Source of the DNA: an uncultured Anaerolinea sp.
GTDB lineage: Bacteria > Chloroflexota > Anaerolineae > Anaerolineales > Villigracilaceae
Length of the DNA: 64,000 nt
Assembly: GCA_964388215.1 (NCBI GenBank)
Contig: CAYLZI010000001.1
Location: 6,980-70,979, forward strand
Direction: 5' to 3'
This document shows positions 1 to 10,227 of the stretch, one piece after another. Below the pieces are notes generated by a model. That model ran no database searches. It had not been told where the DNA came from and saw nothing but the letters and a program-made list of their open reading frames with translations. Position 1 is the stretch's first letter. Each line of letters begins with the position of its first letter. The position numbers and the translations under genes are program-made.

Positions 1-2
1 TT

Positions 3-1253
3 TTGCATCGTTTTATGACGGTTGACCAACAGGTCAAACAAGCGCAAAAAGTCAAACGCGCGCGCGGCTTTATCGTTGAAAACCCGTATTCCATCCGCAT
101 TGACGCATCCGTAGCCGAAGCCGCTAACTCCATGCGCCGCCACGATGTCGGCGGGCTGGTAGTAAATGATGAAAACGGCCGCTTTGCAGGGATTGTCTCG
201 CGCCGCGACATTTTGCTATCTCCGCCTGAAAAAAACCTTGTGCGGCAGGTCATGACCAGGCGCAAAAACATCGTCAGCGCGAAACCAGGTGTAACACCGG
301 AGGAAGCCCGCGCTATCCTATACGAACATCGCCTGGAAAAATTGCCCGTGCTGGATGACGACGGCAACCTGCATGGCCTGATAACCGCCCAAGACATCAT
401 CCGCCCCAGAACAACCGCCGCGCTCGATGAAAAAGGCCGCCTGCGGGTGGGAGCGGCAATCGGTGTAACGAGCGGCGAACTGGAGCGGGCCGAAGCCCTG
501 CTCGAAGCCGGAGTCGATGTCCTCGTCCTCGACATCGCGCACGGCCACGCCGACCACTGCATCGAGATGGTCAAATCGATTCGCGCCCGGTTTCCCTCCG
601 CGCAGGTCATTGCCGGAAATGTCGCCACCCTCGAAGGGGCGCGCGACCTGGCCGAAGCGGGCGCGGACGCCATCAAGGTTGGGATTGGTCCCGGCTCCAT
701 CTGCACCACCCGCATCGTAACCGGGTTCGGCGTCCCGCAGTTGACCGCCATCATGGACAGCGTGGCAGGCATCGAAGAATCGGGGCGCGACATCCCAATC
801 ATCGCCGACGGCGGCATCCAGAAGGCGGGCGATATGGTCAAGGCCCTGGCGGCAGGCGCGGAAACGGTCATGATTGGCAGCCTGTTCGCCGGAACGGAAG
901 AATCTCCCGGTTCGGCAGTCATCCGCGATGGGCAGAAGTTCAAGGTGGTGCGCGGCATGGCCTCCCTGGCCGCTACGATGGGTCGCCGCGCCGCCGAAAA
1001 TCGTGGAGATAAGGACGAATCTGCCGAAGACCCCGAAGATTGGGACAAGGTTGTGCCGGAGGGCGTGGAGGCCGTCGTCCCCTATCGCGGGCATGTCGCT
1101 GAGGTGCTGCACCAATTGGTCGGCGGGCTGCGTTCTGGGCTGAGTTATGGCGGGGCGCGCACCATCCACGAGTTGCAGGAAAACGCCGAATTCGTCGAAA
1201 TCTCCCCGGCAGGCATCCGCGAAAGCGGCTCGCATGATGTCGACAGGCTGTAA
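3..1253 (+). CDS. guaB: IMP dehydrogenase (5' end cut by window edge)
   Basis: Open from the window edge. Tandem CBS pair ([44 protein letters not shown]) inserted in a TIM barrel with catalytic loop [11 protein letters not shown] and GGIQKAGD. Confidence 0.9.
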   Translation: MHRFMTVDQQVKQAQKVKRARGFIVENPYSIRIDASVAEAANSMRRHDVGGLVVNDENGRFAGIVSRRDILLSPPEKNLVRQVMTRRKNIVSAKPGVTPEEARAILYEHRLEKLPVLDDDGNLHGLITAQDIIRPRTTAALDEKGRLRVGAAIGVTSGELERAEALLEAGVDVLVLDIAHGHADHCIEMVKSIRARFPSAQVIAGNVATLEGARDLAEAGADAIKVGIGPGSICTTRIVTGFGVPQLTAIMDSVAGIEESGRDIPIIADGGIQKAGDMVKALAAGAETVMIGSLFAGTEESPGSAVIRDGQKFKVVRGMASLAATMGRRAAENRGDKDESAEDPEDWDKVVPEGVEAVVPYRGHVAEVLHQLVGGLRSGLSYGGARTIHELQENAEFVEISPAGIRESGSHDVDRL

Positions 1254-1291
1254 CGCGAAATTTATTCGCGCTCTCGCGGTACAACACCCCT

Positions 1292-3112
1292 ATGACTACC
1301 ACCATCGTTCCTCCATCTTACGTCACCCAATCCGAAGAACTCTACGATAAACCCCTCGACCCGCAGGTAGCCCACCGCCTGGTTGGGTTCATCGCTCCCT
1401 ACAAATGGCAGATGCTCTTTGCAGCGTTCCTGATGTTGGGCGCAACCGCTTCAACCGTGATTGGCCCCTATCTGGTCAAAGTTGCCATCGATGACGGCCT
1501 GCTGGCTGGCAACCTGGCCGCCCTGCGCAACGCCGCGCTTATCTACCTGGCGGCGGCCCTTGTCCGCTGGGGGTTCATCTACTTCCGCGTCAACATCATG
1601 GCGCGCGTCGGGCAGTCGGTCATCTATGACCTGCGCAAAGTGTTGTTTGCCCACCTGCAAAAACTCTCGCTCGGTTTCTACAGCCGCTACAGCGTTGGGC
1701 GCGTCATCACGCGCGTGATGAACGATGTCGAAACTCTGCGCGAATTCGTCATCTGGGCTGTGCTGGCTATCGCCCGCGACCTGTTTGCGCTGGTCGGCAT
1801 CGTGATTGCCATGCTGGCCCTCAACGTCAAACTTACGCTCATCACCTTTGCCACCATCCCGCTCATGATTCTCGCCACAGCGATTTACCGGCGCACTGCC
1901 CGCGTGGCTTACCGCCGGGTGCGCGCCGCCATCTCGTGGGTCAACTCAGTGCTTGCCGAGAACATCAACGGCGTTCGCGTTGTCCAGGCCTTCAGCCGAC
2001 AATCCTACAACTACCAGCATTTCAGCGAATTAACCAACCGCTATCACCTGCAAACTGTGATTAGAGCGGCGAAAGTAGCCGCCTCCTTCCTGCCGGTGGT
2101 GGATGTGCTTGGCGCGCTGGCAACTGCCGCCGTCGTCTGGGTTGGGGGAACAGCCGTTTTGGGCGAAAGCATCTCGGCGGGCGTGCTGGTGGCCTTCGTG
2201 CTTTACATCGACCGCTACTTCGACCCCATCCGCGACCTGTCGCGCCGTTTCGACACGCTCCAATCGACTATGGCCGGCGGCGAGCGCATCCTGGCCCTGC
2301 TCGATACTGAAGTAGATGTGAAGGATGCCGAGGACGCCGGGGCTTTGCCGCCGATTAAGGGCGATGTGACCTTCGAGAATCTTTCCTTTCATTATTCCGA
2401 CGACCTGTCATCCCCGCAGAATGCGGGGGCTGCACTGGTCTTGCGTGAGATTAATCTGCATATCCCGGCAGGTTCCACCGTCGCCCTGGTCGGCGAGACC
2501 GGGGCTGGCAAGACCACCCTCGTCAAACTGGTTTCGCGCTTCATGGACCCAACCGAAGGCCGGGTTCTGGTCGATGGCATCGACCTGAAAACCGTCACCC
2601 AGCACAGCTTGCGCTCGCAAATGGGCGTTGTGCTGCAAGACCCCTTCCTGTTCAACGGCACAGTCAAGGAAAACATCCTGTTCGGGCGGCTCGACGCGGC
2701 CGACGCCGAAGTAGAAGCCGCCGCGAAAGCAGTCGGCGCCCACGACTTCATCATGGGGTTGCGCAAAGGCTATGACACCTCGGTCGAGGAGGGCGGCGTG
2801 CTGCTGAGCGTCGGCCAGCGCCAGTTGATTTCCTTCGCCCGCGCCCTGCTGGCCGACCCGCGCATCCTCGTCTTAGACGAGGCCACCTCCAGCGTGGATA
2901 CACAAACCGAACAGGTCATCCAGCGCGCGCTCGTCACCCTCTTTCAGGGGCGCACCAGTTTCGTCATTGCTCACCGACTCTCCACCATCACCAGCGCCGA
3001 TTTAATCGTCGTCATAGACGACGGCAGGGTTGTGGAGCAAGGCGCGCACCAGGACTTGCTCGAAAAACAGGGCATCTATTACGCGCTCTACCAGACCGGG
3101 TTTCAGGAATAA
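1292..3112 (+). CDS. ABC exporter, fused permease/ATPase (MsbA/multidrug type)
   Basis: 606 aa. N-terminal six-helix ABC transmembrane domain, then an NBD with Walker A GETGAGKTT, signature LSVGQRQ and Walker B ILVLDEATS. Confidence 0.9.
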   Translation: MTTTIVPPSYVTQSEELYDKPLDPQVAHRLVGFIAPYKWQMLFAAFLMLGATASTVIGPYLVKVAIDDGLLAGNLAALRNAALIYLAAALVRWGFIYFRVNIMARVGQSVIYDLRKVLFAHLQKLSLGFYSRYSVGRVITRVMNDVETLREFVIWAVLAIARDLFALVGIVIAMLALNVKLTLITFATIPLMILATAIYRRTARVAYRRVRAAISWVNSVLAENINGVRVVQAFSRQSYNYQHFSELTNRYHLQTVIRAAKVAASFLPVVDVLGALATAAVVWVGGTAVLGESISAGVLVAFVLYIDRYFDPIRDLSRRFDTLQSTMAGGERILALLDTEVDVKDAEDAGALPPIKGDVTFENLSFHYSDDLSSPQNAGAALVLREINLHIPAGSTVALVGETGAGKTTLVKLVSRFMDPTEGRVLVDGIDLKTVTQHSLRSQMGVVLQDPFLFNGTVKENILFGRLDAADAEVEAAAKAVGAHDFIMGLRKGYDTSVEEGGVLLSVGQRQLISFARALLADPRILVLDEATSSVDTQTEQVIQRALVTLFQGRTSFVIAHRLSTITSADLIVVIDDGRVVEQGAHQDLLEKQGIYYALYQTGFQE

Positions 3113-3117
3113 ATCCT

Positions 3118-3994
3118 ATGGATATTACCCTCGCCTTAGGCGGCGGGGCGCGCGGCGCACCTGGGCGTGCTGCGCGTACTCGAACAAGAAGGCTACCACA
3201 TCCGCGCAATTGCCGGGACGAGCATCGGCGCGATTGTCGGCGCGTTGTATGCTCGCTTTCAAAACGCGGACGAAGTCACCCGCGTCATGCAATCGGTTGA
3301 CCAATCAAAACTCTATGGCTGGCCGCTGGTGGATGGCCCAGGCTTGCTGGGAGTTCGGGGGGTTCACGATTTCCTGCGCCAGCAATTCGGCGAGGACACC
3401 TTTGCAGAATTAGCCATCCCTTGCGCAGCCGTAGCCGTTGACCTGAACAGCAACCGCGAAATCGTTTTGCAGCAAGGCCGGGTGGTCGATGCCATCATGG
3501 GTTCTATCGCCGTCCCTGGCCTGTTCCCGCCCAAACAATACAACGAATACACCCTCATCGACGGAGGCACGCTCGACCCCGTCCCCACGCGAACCGCACG
3601 CGCCCTCGCGCCCGACCTACCGGTGGTGGCAGTCTCGCTCATGGCCCCACTCGACGCTCCCAAAACGCCCCACAGCCTGCCCCTCCCCGTTCCGCAACCC
3701 CTGGTCGAGCAAATTGCCCGGTTAAGCATCACCCAGGCCGTCAGGGTCTTCGTAGATGCCATAGACATCGGCCAACGCCAAATGACCGAACTGCGCCTGC
3801 AGATAGACAAGCCCGAAGTCATCATCCGCCCAGACGTTGCCGAAATCAACCTGCTCGATAAAGTTGAAATCCCCACAATTGCCCAACGCGGCGAGGTGGC
3901 GGCGCTCAAAAGTTTGCCCGCCCTGCGCCGCGCCGTCTCCTGGCAGTCTCGCATAATGCGCGTCGTCCATCGGACGGTTGGCATTGGCTCATAA
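3118..3994 (+). pseudogene. Patatin-like phospholipase, reading frame broken near nt 3154-3160
   Basis: ATG 3118 (AGGA 9 nt upstream) opens MDITLALGGGARG, the GGGxRG oxyanion hole. The continuation HLGVLRVLEQEGYHIRAIAGTSIG (GxSxG) ... IDGG (catalytic DGG) is in the next frame (ORF 3167-3994). Confidence 0.7.
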
Positions 3995-4595
3995 CCTGCG
4001 CTTTGCCTGGGCCATCCTGCCGTATTGCGCGGTATTTTTTGGGATGCTGACCCTGCGAAGCGCCTGGGGCGCGTTAATTGGCTTTCAGCTGGCCCTCTTA
4101 CCGCTCCTGCTGACGAACCGGGAGCGGATTCATCCGTTGCTTGCTCCCGTTTCGACCCGGGTTCTCCTCCCAGCCGCCCTCGCCGGGCTGGCAGCCGGTC
4201 TTGGACTATGGCTCATCTGGCCGCTGACAGGGATTCCACCCGATTACCCGGCCCGCGTCGAATCGCTCGGCCTGCACGAGGGGACCTGGCTGCCCTTCAT
4301 CGTCTACTTCACCCTCATCAACCCCTTCATCGAAGAAGCCTACTGGCGCGGCAACCTCGGCAGCGATTCGCGCCTGCCCCAACCAGTAGATTTCCTGTTT
4401 GCCGGGTATCACGTCATCATCATCGCCTTATTCGCCTCCCCGCTCTGGTCATTGCTCGGATTTTTAATCCTGGCCGGGGCGGGTTGGCTTTGGCGGCAGA
4501 TTTCGCGCCACGCAAAAAGCCTGCTGCCCGCTGCCCTCTTTCACATGCTGGCCGATTTTTCGATTTTGGTGGCGTTATATCTCAAGGCTGGCTGA
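3978..4595 (+). CDS. CPBP family intramembrane protease (CAAX/Abi type)
   Basis: 205 aa polytopic membrane protein with FIEEAYWRG (EExxxR) and AALFHMLADF (HxxxD/N) motifs. TTG start is uncertain. Confidence 0.65.
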   Translation: MALAHNLRFAWAILPYCAVFFGMLTLRSAWGALIGFQLALLPLLLTNRERIHPLLAPVSTRVLLPAALAGLAAGLGLWLIWPLTGIPPDYPARVESLGLHEGTWLPFIVYFTLINPFIEEAYWRGNLGSDSRLPQPVDFLFAGYHVIIIALFASPLWSLLGFLILAGAGWLWRQISRHAKSLLPAALFHMLADFSILVALYLKAG

Positions 4596-4637
4596 TGGAA
4601 ATACCAACACTGGCGGAAGAGCGTTTCAGCCATCGCG

Positions 4638-5675
4638 CTAACGCACAACCAATATCACATTTGGCCCTAACTGTAGCCGCATTCCCGAATTAATAACATA
4701 AGGGGCCTGGGGCGTGAGTCGGGTGCCGTTCAAAAATGAGCCGTTGGCGCTATTCAAATCTATCACCTGGGCTTGCTTCAAATCTGGGTTGTACCGAAAT
4801 TCTACATGCTGGCGTGAAACTTCCTTTTCGCCAAGTAAGAGCGGGTGCGAGCGTCCAAGAATCGCAGGGAAGGTGTCTATTGTTAATGTGCCGCTGGCGG
4901 CTGCGGCTTTTTCAATAAACAGATGCAACCCAGGTAGAGCCTCTCCCATCATTGTTACATTTTCATCCTGTCTACCAGATGTCAAAGACCCAAAAACCGG
5001 TTCCGATTTGCCAGATTGGGTCTCCAAAAAAGAGGCGGGATGCAGGTGTTGTTGCGCATCCTCTACAGTGGGTTGCATCAAAAAAGTCATTTTAACGTTT
5101 TTGCCAAAGAAAAGAGTATCTTTGTGGCGCAATTCTGCTTTTTGGCCGGGTGCCAACACTTTTTTATTTAAGATGGTTGGGTTGGTGGGGGTTAAAGATT
5201 CGAGATAATATTTGCCATCCTTCATGCTGATTTGGGCATGGCGGCGCGAGATGCTCATACCGTTTGGGTGATTCTGGAAATTGACCGCCAGTAACATGTT
5301 ATGCTCAGCACTGTTGGTTGGCCTGCCTATCAAGGCTGGCGTCCAATCCAAAGCATATTCCCTGTCGGTTTCTTCATCCCGCAGTTTGATGCGCCCGGCG
5401 TCGAGCATCTCACGCAGGTCATCGCGGTTGGCATAGGCCAGGGTCAGTTCGTCTTGAGGCTGGATATCGGCCTTCTCGAGGGTTTGTTCGCGCGGCAGGC
5501 TTTTTTTGCTGCCCTTTAGATATAGAGCATAGCGTTCGGGCGAATCTGCCGGAATATCATCGAATTCCTTCAATATCTCTTCAATCAGCTCTCCCAACCG
5601 AAGCGTTTTTAACACCTGGGCGCGCTGGCCCTGGCGGTCAAAAATATCCAGTCGTATTTCGATATATTCTTCCAT
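4638..5675 (-). CDS. Ubiquitin-like (YukD/EsaB-like) domain fused to two FHA domains
   Basis: The N-terminal ~80 aa beta-grasp-like segment ends in TLEKADIQPQDELTLAYA. FHA 1 is LIGRP...MSISRRHAQISMKDGKYYLESL. FHA 2 is ILGRS...EVSRQHVEFRY...DLNSANGSFLNG. GGAG lies 9 nt upstream of the ATG. Confidence 0.75.
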   Translation of the reverse strand: MEEYIEIRLDIFDRQGQRAQVLKTLRLGELIEEILKEFDDIPADSPERYALYLKGSKKSLPREQTLEKADIQPQDELTLAYANRDDLREMLDAGRIKLRDEETDREYALDWTPALIGRPTNSAEHNMLLAVNFQNHPNGMSISRRHAQISMKDGKYYLESLTPTNPTILNKKVLAPGQKAELRHKDTLFFGKNVKMTFLMQPTVEDAQQHLHPASFLETQSGKSEPVFGSLTSGRQDENVTMMGEALPGLHLFIEKAAAASGTLTIDTFPAILGRSHPLLLGEKEVSRQHVEFRYNPDLKQAQVIDLNSANGSFLNGTRLTPQAPYVINSGMRLQLGPNVILVVR

Positions 5676-5677
5676 GC

Positions 5678-8600
5678 TTATGCTCCATCTTTAGGGGCTG
5701 GTTCAACGGGAAGAAGGCCCATGACGCGTGCATTGTCGAGAATATCGGCATCTGAAAGATGCGAGAGCAGGGCTTCGGGCACCCCACGCTCGAGCAATCC
5801 CTGTTTAAGTACCGCCAGGTCATATTCGGCGGAGGCAGGCATCCCCGAGGTGGGTTGCTCTGTAGCAGCAACTTGTTGCGAGGCCGGGGTGGATGGTGAT
5901 TCGGGGGTGGGCGTCTTCCAGGCCACCTTTTGATTTTGGTATCGCTTTTGGATTTTGCCAACCCAACCATCCAGGGATGCTTCCACATCATCATCTGGGT
6001 AAGGGCTGGCAATTTGGAGCATACTGGTAATGCCTGAACGGATAATGAAGCCTCGCCCCATTGGCAATTCGACCTCCGCAAGGCTGCGCGGGAATTTACC
6101 ATTCAGACGGTTGACCGCCTCTGCGCTCTTTAAGGCAATCCCAAAACTTGGCGCAGCAAAGACGCGGCGAAGGTCATCGGTAGCGCTCATAATGCCTAGC
6201 GAACCTGCTACCACCATGTAAACGCCAGCAGTCTGATATTTGCGAATCAGAGCCGAGGCGTTTTCGAAAAAGGCTGAATTTTTGCGGCTGGATTCTTCTG
6301 TGAAGGCGTCGTAATTGTCAATGAACAGCATAATTTTGCGGCGGCGCGGGTTTTTGTCAAATTCGGCGCATTCTTCTGCCAGATTGGCATAAAAATTATC
6401 CAGTTGGGAGATATCGTCAATGGTTTGGACGACGTGAGGCAGGTTTGCCAGGGAGGTCTGTTCTCCTTTCCAAAGTTTGCGCGAGTAATCTACCAGCACC
6501 ATCATCACTTCATCGGGTGAGTAATGCCAGGCAATCGAGAGCATCATCGTCCGCAGGGTGGTGGTCTTGCCAGAGAAGGGCTGTCCGATGACAACCAGGT
6601 GCGGGCCCTGTCGTTCAATATCAATCAGGGCCGGAGCCAGGCTGCGGTCATCAATACCCATTACAGCATGAATACGACGTACTTGAGGAAGTTTTGATTG
6701 ATGGAGCAAGTTATCGAGCGATGAACGCGCTGGGAGCGTTTCAATGGAGGATGGCTTTTCCCCCGTCCAACGTTCGTCCCACAATTCCTTCATCTCGATG
6801 CACATTTGCTTTGTTCTTGCCAAACCATCTGGGTCGTTTTCGGTTGGGTCAAATGTCAGAGCAGTTTGGAATTCAAGCGGCATATTGCCAACCCGCGCAT
6901 AACCACGCCCAGGGACGGGGCTTAAATCGGCGGGAACGCCGCGCCCGACGATGTCACCATAATCTGATGCGTCTGTCAGTTTGAGTGTCAGCCGCTCAGT
7001 CACCAGGCTGAAGAGTTTGCCGCCTAACGCGCTGGGAGATTCGGCTGAGAAGATGAAATGTACGCCGTAAGCGCGCGATTCGCGAATCAGCGACATGAGC
7101 GGTGACATCAAGCCATCGTAATATTCTTTAAATTCAGCGAAATTATCAATAACCAAAAGCACTGCCGGAAGGCGTTTTTCGGGATAGATGGCATTGTAGG
7201 TGTCCAGGTTAATAACTCCCGCATCGCTAAACAGCACCTGGCGGGCATCAATGATGTCGGTTACCTTTCTCAGGACGCGCAAAACGCGCTCTTCTTCTTC
7301 GGCGGTGATGACGGCCCCAACGTGGGGTAAATCCTGAAAGACAGACAATGCCCGGCCGCCAAAATCAAGGATGTAGATGTGAAGTTCGTCTGGTGAATGG
7401 GAAAGCGCCAGGCCAGAGATGACGGTTCGCAAGAAGGTGGTTTTCCCGCGCCCAGACGCGCCAAAAATGACAGCATGCCCGTTGGGGAAATTAATAGAAA
7501 GGGGCTTCTGAATGGCTTCATAGGGATTGTCTATGATTCCAAGCATTGGGCGCATGGCTGTTTTTCCCCAGCGAGCGCCTTGCCAGTCAAAACGGCCGGA
7601 TAGGCAGGCATTGGCCTGTTCATTCAGGCAAACTCCGTTTGCGTCCTCTGCCCTGCTCATGCGCAGCAGGGATAAATCATCGTCAGTCATGTAGTCCGTG
7701 TCCAGCCTGGTTTGCAGAGAAAGAACGTTTTTGTCTTTTTGCAGAGGCAGGAAGGCGGGCCAGGGTCTCCATTGCGGCTTAGATTCCTGAGTAGAGAGAT
7801 TGTATAGCATCTTGACAATCTCGTCATATAGTTTTGGCGGCTCTTCTTGCTTTTTTGCGTCTGATTTTTTTCGGTCCAGCCAGATGACGTTGGGGTTGCG
7901 CGATTCTTCTTGCGGCCCTTTGTAATCACCGCCTGTATAAGCCGTTTGGATTAATTCGATATTTTCGTTGCCAATCTGCAAATAGCCGCGCCCAGGAATA
8001 CCAGGCGGTAGGAAGGCCGCATCAGAGCGGCGCAAAACCTCGCGGCTGTCATCTGGCGTTTCAACGCGTAAACAGATACGGAATTTGATATTAGCGCGCA
8101 TCTGGTCAGTTACGCCAACGGGGCGCTGGGCCGCCAGGATGAGCGTGACGCCCAATGCGCGCCCAAGCCGGGTGATGCTTTCCAGTTGGGCCTTATACTC
8201 CGCGTTGCCAGAAATCATTTCAGCAAATTCATCAATGATGATAAAAAGATGCGGGTAAGGCTGGCTGTCTTCTTTCAGGTTTAGCCCTCTTTGGCGGTAG
8301 TGAACAATATCTTTCGATGCAGAGTAAGTGTTCAACTTCTGCCGCCGGTCGAGTTCGGCGATGATGGATGCAAAAACGCGCGCAGTAGCCGATTCGTCCA
8401 AATTGGTGACGATATCCACTGCATGAGGAAGTTTTTTGAACGGGTCGAAGGCAGACCCACCCTTGTAATCAACCAATACAAAGTTTAGCACATCTGGGCT
8501 GTAATTAAGCGCCAGGCCGATGATGAGGGTCATTAAGAGTTCGGATTTCCCCGAACCGGTAGAACCAGCGATAATACCATGCACGCCATCTGCTTTGGCC

Positions 8601-10216
8601 GAAAACGTCAGCACGCGCGGCTCATTTCCTGAAAGCAATCCAATTGCCGTTTGAAGCCAATCGGCTTGTCCAGGATTTTTGCTGCGCTGCCAGTTTTCTC
8701 GTGAAAAGTTGCGTAATTCATCCAGTGTAGAAAGGTTGAGCATTTCCAGCAAGGTCACAGTGGATGCCAGGCTTGCGCCGTATCCGCGCCGAAGTTCCTG
8801 TGGTTCAAGGGCGCGGGAATACTGCCGGGCAGTATCCTGGCTGTCTACTAAGGATGTCGTTCCGACATAGCGAATGGTGTTAAAACCGGTTTCGGCGTAA
8901 CGAAAGACCGCCTGTCCATTATCGTCGGCGAACTTGTCCACTTCCAGTATGGCTGAACAACGGCTGGGCACTTTTGAACGTTCAGGAACTAAAAATAATA
9001 TCCCTGCGCCCAACATTTCTCCGTCCATCAGGATGGTTGAAATGGCAGCTTCGCTTTCCAGGTCATGAAGGCACGACCAGCCGGGGGCCGGATGCAAGAC
9101 ATCTACCACAACCAGCAAGAAGGGCAGGCGCACATCCGCGCCACTTTCTTTGTCCTTATCTTGCAAGCGCATTCGCCGGCGTTCCAAAATGGTTCGAATA
9201 TTTTTCCAAAACAAGCGCATCCGGTCTGGCTCATTTTCTCCAGGCTTCTGCTCACTCTCAAATCGCAGAGTTTCAGACTTATCTGATTCTTTGCAGTGCG
9301 GCAAGGCATACGCCCAACGCCAGTCTGCCCGCGCAACAGCAGTTCCTGCGACATAGAGCATCGTATCTTGTGGAGAATGGAAGGTGGCATAATCAACCAG
9401 CATGGTGCGCAGGTAAGCGTAAATTTTTTCTGGGTCGCTGCCCGTAATCCCTATGGAATGCCGGATGGTCACGCCTTTGGCTTCTTGCGCCTGTTCTTCT
9501 TTCTCGCCGTCAGACTGCTGGTCGCGCTTCTTTTCAACTTTTTTGCGTTCTTTTTCATTCAGGCTCAGGTACATTGGGACAGTTACAGGAACCCCATATA
9601 GCAAACGCGAATCTTCTGCCAGGCGGGTCGCTTCGCGCATTAATGGGTTTTCAGGTTTTTCGTCTTCGGAGATTTTGTATATAACTGTAGATTGACGGGT
9701 GCTTAGGCCCAGGCGCAGGTGCAAAAAATCGTGGTCGGTGGGCCGCCGCTCCCACAACCTGGTTCCCGAACGAATAGCCTGTTCCTGTTCTTGGGACGAG
9801 CGATACAAGTCCAGGGCAATGTTGAGAGATTCAGATGGGTTGGGGTAGTTGTAAAAATAATAAATTCTTTGTTGTTCATGTTCGCTTTGCATTTGGCGGC
9901 GTAGTTCGCCCAAACGGCGCAGATAAGCAGCTTTGGCTTCTTCTATCTTCTTGTTTTCCTGAATGTGTGAGTAAACCGAGAGCAAAACCGCGCCAACAAT
10001 GGATATCAACATAGGTATCATCATTGTCATATTACGGCCCTGCCCAAAAATAGATACGAGAAAATACCCCATAATCATAAGCAAGGGCAACATGGCTTGC
10101 TGAAGCAAGCGCATCGGGTCTTTTTCGGTATCTGGCGGGTTAGGAATATCGACAACCCCTGAGGGCAGTTCCGGTTCAATCCGAGGCGGGCGTTCAATAT
10201 AAGATTTTTCAGTCAT
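5678..10216 (-). CDS. EccC/EssC-like type VII secretion ATPase (FtsK/SpoIIIE family, three P-loop modules)
   Basis: 1512 aa. N-terminus is IERPPRIEPELPSG followed by two TM helices. Walker A motifs are GSTGSGKSE, GASGRGKTT and GQPFSGKTT, with Walker B-like IIIDEFAE, LVIDNFAE and LFIDNYDA. Confidence 0.9.
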   Translation of the reverse strand: MTEKSYIERPPRIEPELPSGVVDIPNPPDTEKDPMRLLQQAMLPLLMIMGYFLVSIFGQGRNMTMMIPMLISIVGAVLLSVYSHIQENKKIEEAKAAYLRRLGELRRQMQSEHEQQRIYYFYNYPNPSESLNIALDLYRSSQEQEQAIRSGTRLWERRPTDHDFLHLRLGLSTRQSTVIYKISEDEKPENPLMREATRLAEDSRLLYGVPVTVPMYLSLNEKERKKVEKKRDQQSDGEKEEQAQEAKGVTIRHSIGITGSDPEKIYAYLRTMLVDYATFHSPQDTMLYVAGTAVARADWRWAYALPHCKESDKSETLRFESEQKPGENEPDRMRLFWKNIRTILERRRMRLQDKDKESGADVRLPFLLVVVDVLHPAPGWSCLHDLESEAAISTILMDGEMLGAGILFLVPERSKVPSRCSAILEVDKFADDNGQAVFRYAETGFNTIRYVGTTSLVDSQDTARQYSRALEPQELRRGYGASLASTVTLLEMLNLSTLDELRNFSRENWQRSKNPGQADWLQTAIGLLSGNEPRVLTFSAKADGVHGIIAGSTGSGKSELLMTLIIGLALNYSPDVLNFVLVDYKGGSAFDPFKKLPHAVDIVTNLDESATARVFASIIAELDRRQKLNTYSASKDIVHYRQRGLNLKEDSQPYPHLFIIIDEFAEMISGNAEYKAQLESITRLGRALGVTLILAAQRPVGVTDQMRANIKFRICLRVETPDDSREVLRRSDAAFLPPGIPGRGYLQIGNENIELIQTAYTGGDYKGPQEESRNPNVIWLDRKKSDAKKQEEPPKLYDEIVKMLYNLSTQESKPQWRPWPAFLPLQKDKNVLSLQTRLDTDYMTDDDLSLLRMSRAEDANGVCLNEQANACLSGRFDWQGARWGKTAMRPMLGIIDNPYEAIQKPLSINFPNGHAVIFGASGRGKTTFLRTVISGLALSHSPDELHIYILDFGGRALSVFQDLPHVGAVITAEEEERVLRVLRKVTDIIDARQVLFSDAGVINLDTYNAIYPEKRLPAVLLVIDNFAEFKEYYDGLMSPLMSLIRESRAYGVHFIFSAESPSALGGKLFSLVTERLTLKLTDASDYGDIVGRGVPADLSPVPGRGYARVGNMPLEFQTALTFDPTENDPDGLARTKQMCIEMKELWDERWTGEKPSSIETLPARSSLDNLLHQSKLPQVRRIHAVMGIDDRSLAPALIDIERQGPHLVVIGQPFSGKTTTLRTMMLSIAWHYSPDEVMMVLVDYSRKLWKGEQTSLANLPHVVQTIDDISQLDNFYANLAEECAEFDKNPRRRKIMLFIDNYDAFTEESSRKNSAFFENASALIRKYQTAGVYMVVAGSLGIMSATDDLRRVFAAPSFGIALKSAEAVNRLNGKFPRSLAEVELPMGRGFIIRSGITSMLQIASPYPDDDVEASLDGWVGKIQKRYQNQKVAWKTPTPESPSTPASQQVAATEQPTSGMPASAEYDLAVLKQGLLERGVPEALLSHLSDADILDNARVMGLLPVEPAPKDGA

Positions 10217-10227
10217 CGTTTGTCATC

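Noticed and set aside
3030-3413. Separate small ORFs at 3030-3413 and 3118-3300
   Set aside because: 3118-3300 is the displaced 5' part of the patatin gene, not an independent gene. 3030-3413 overlaps the ABC transporter 3' end in a shadow frame.
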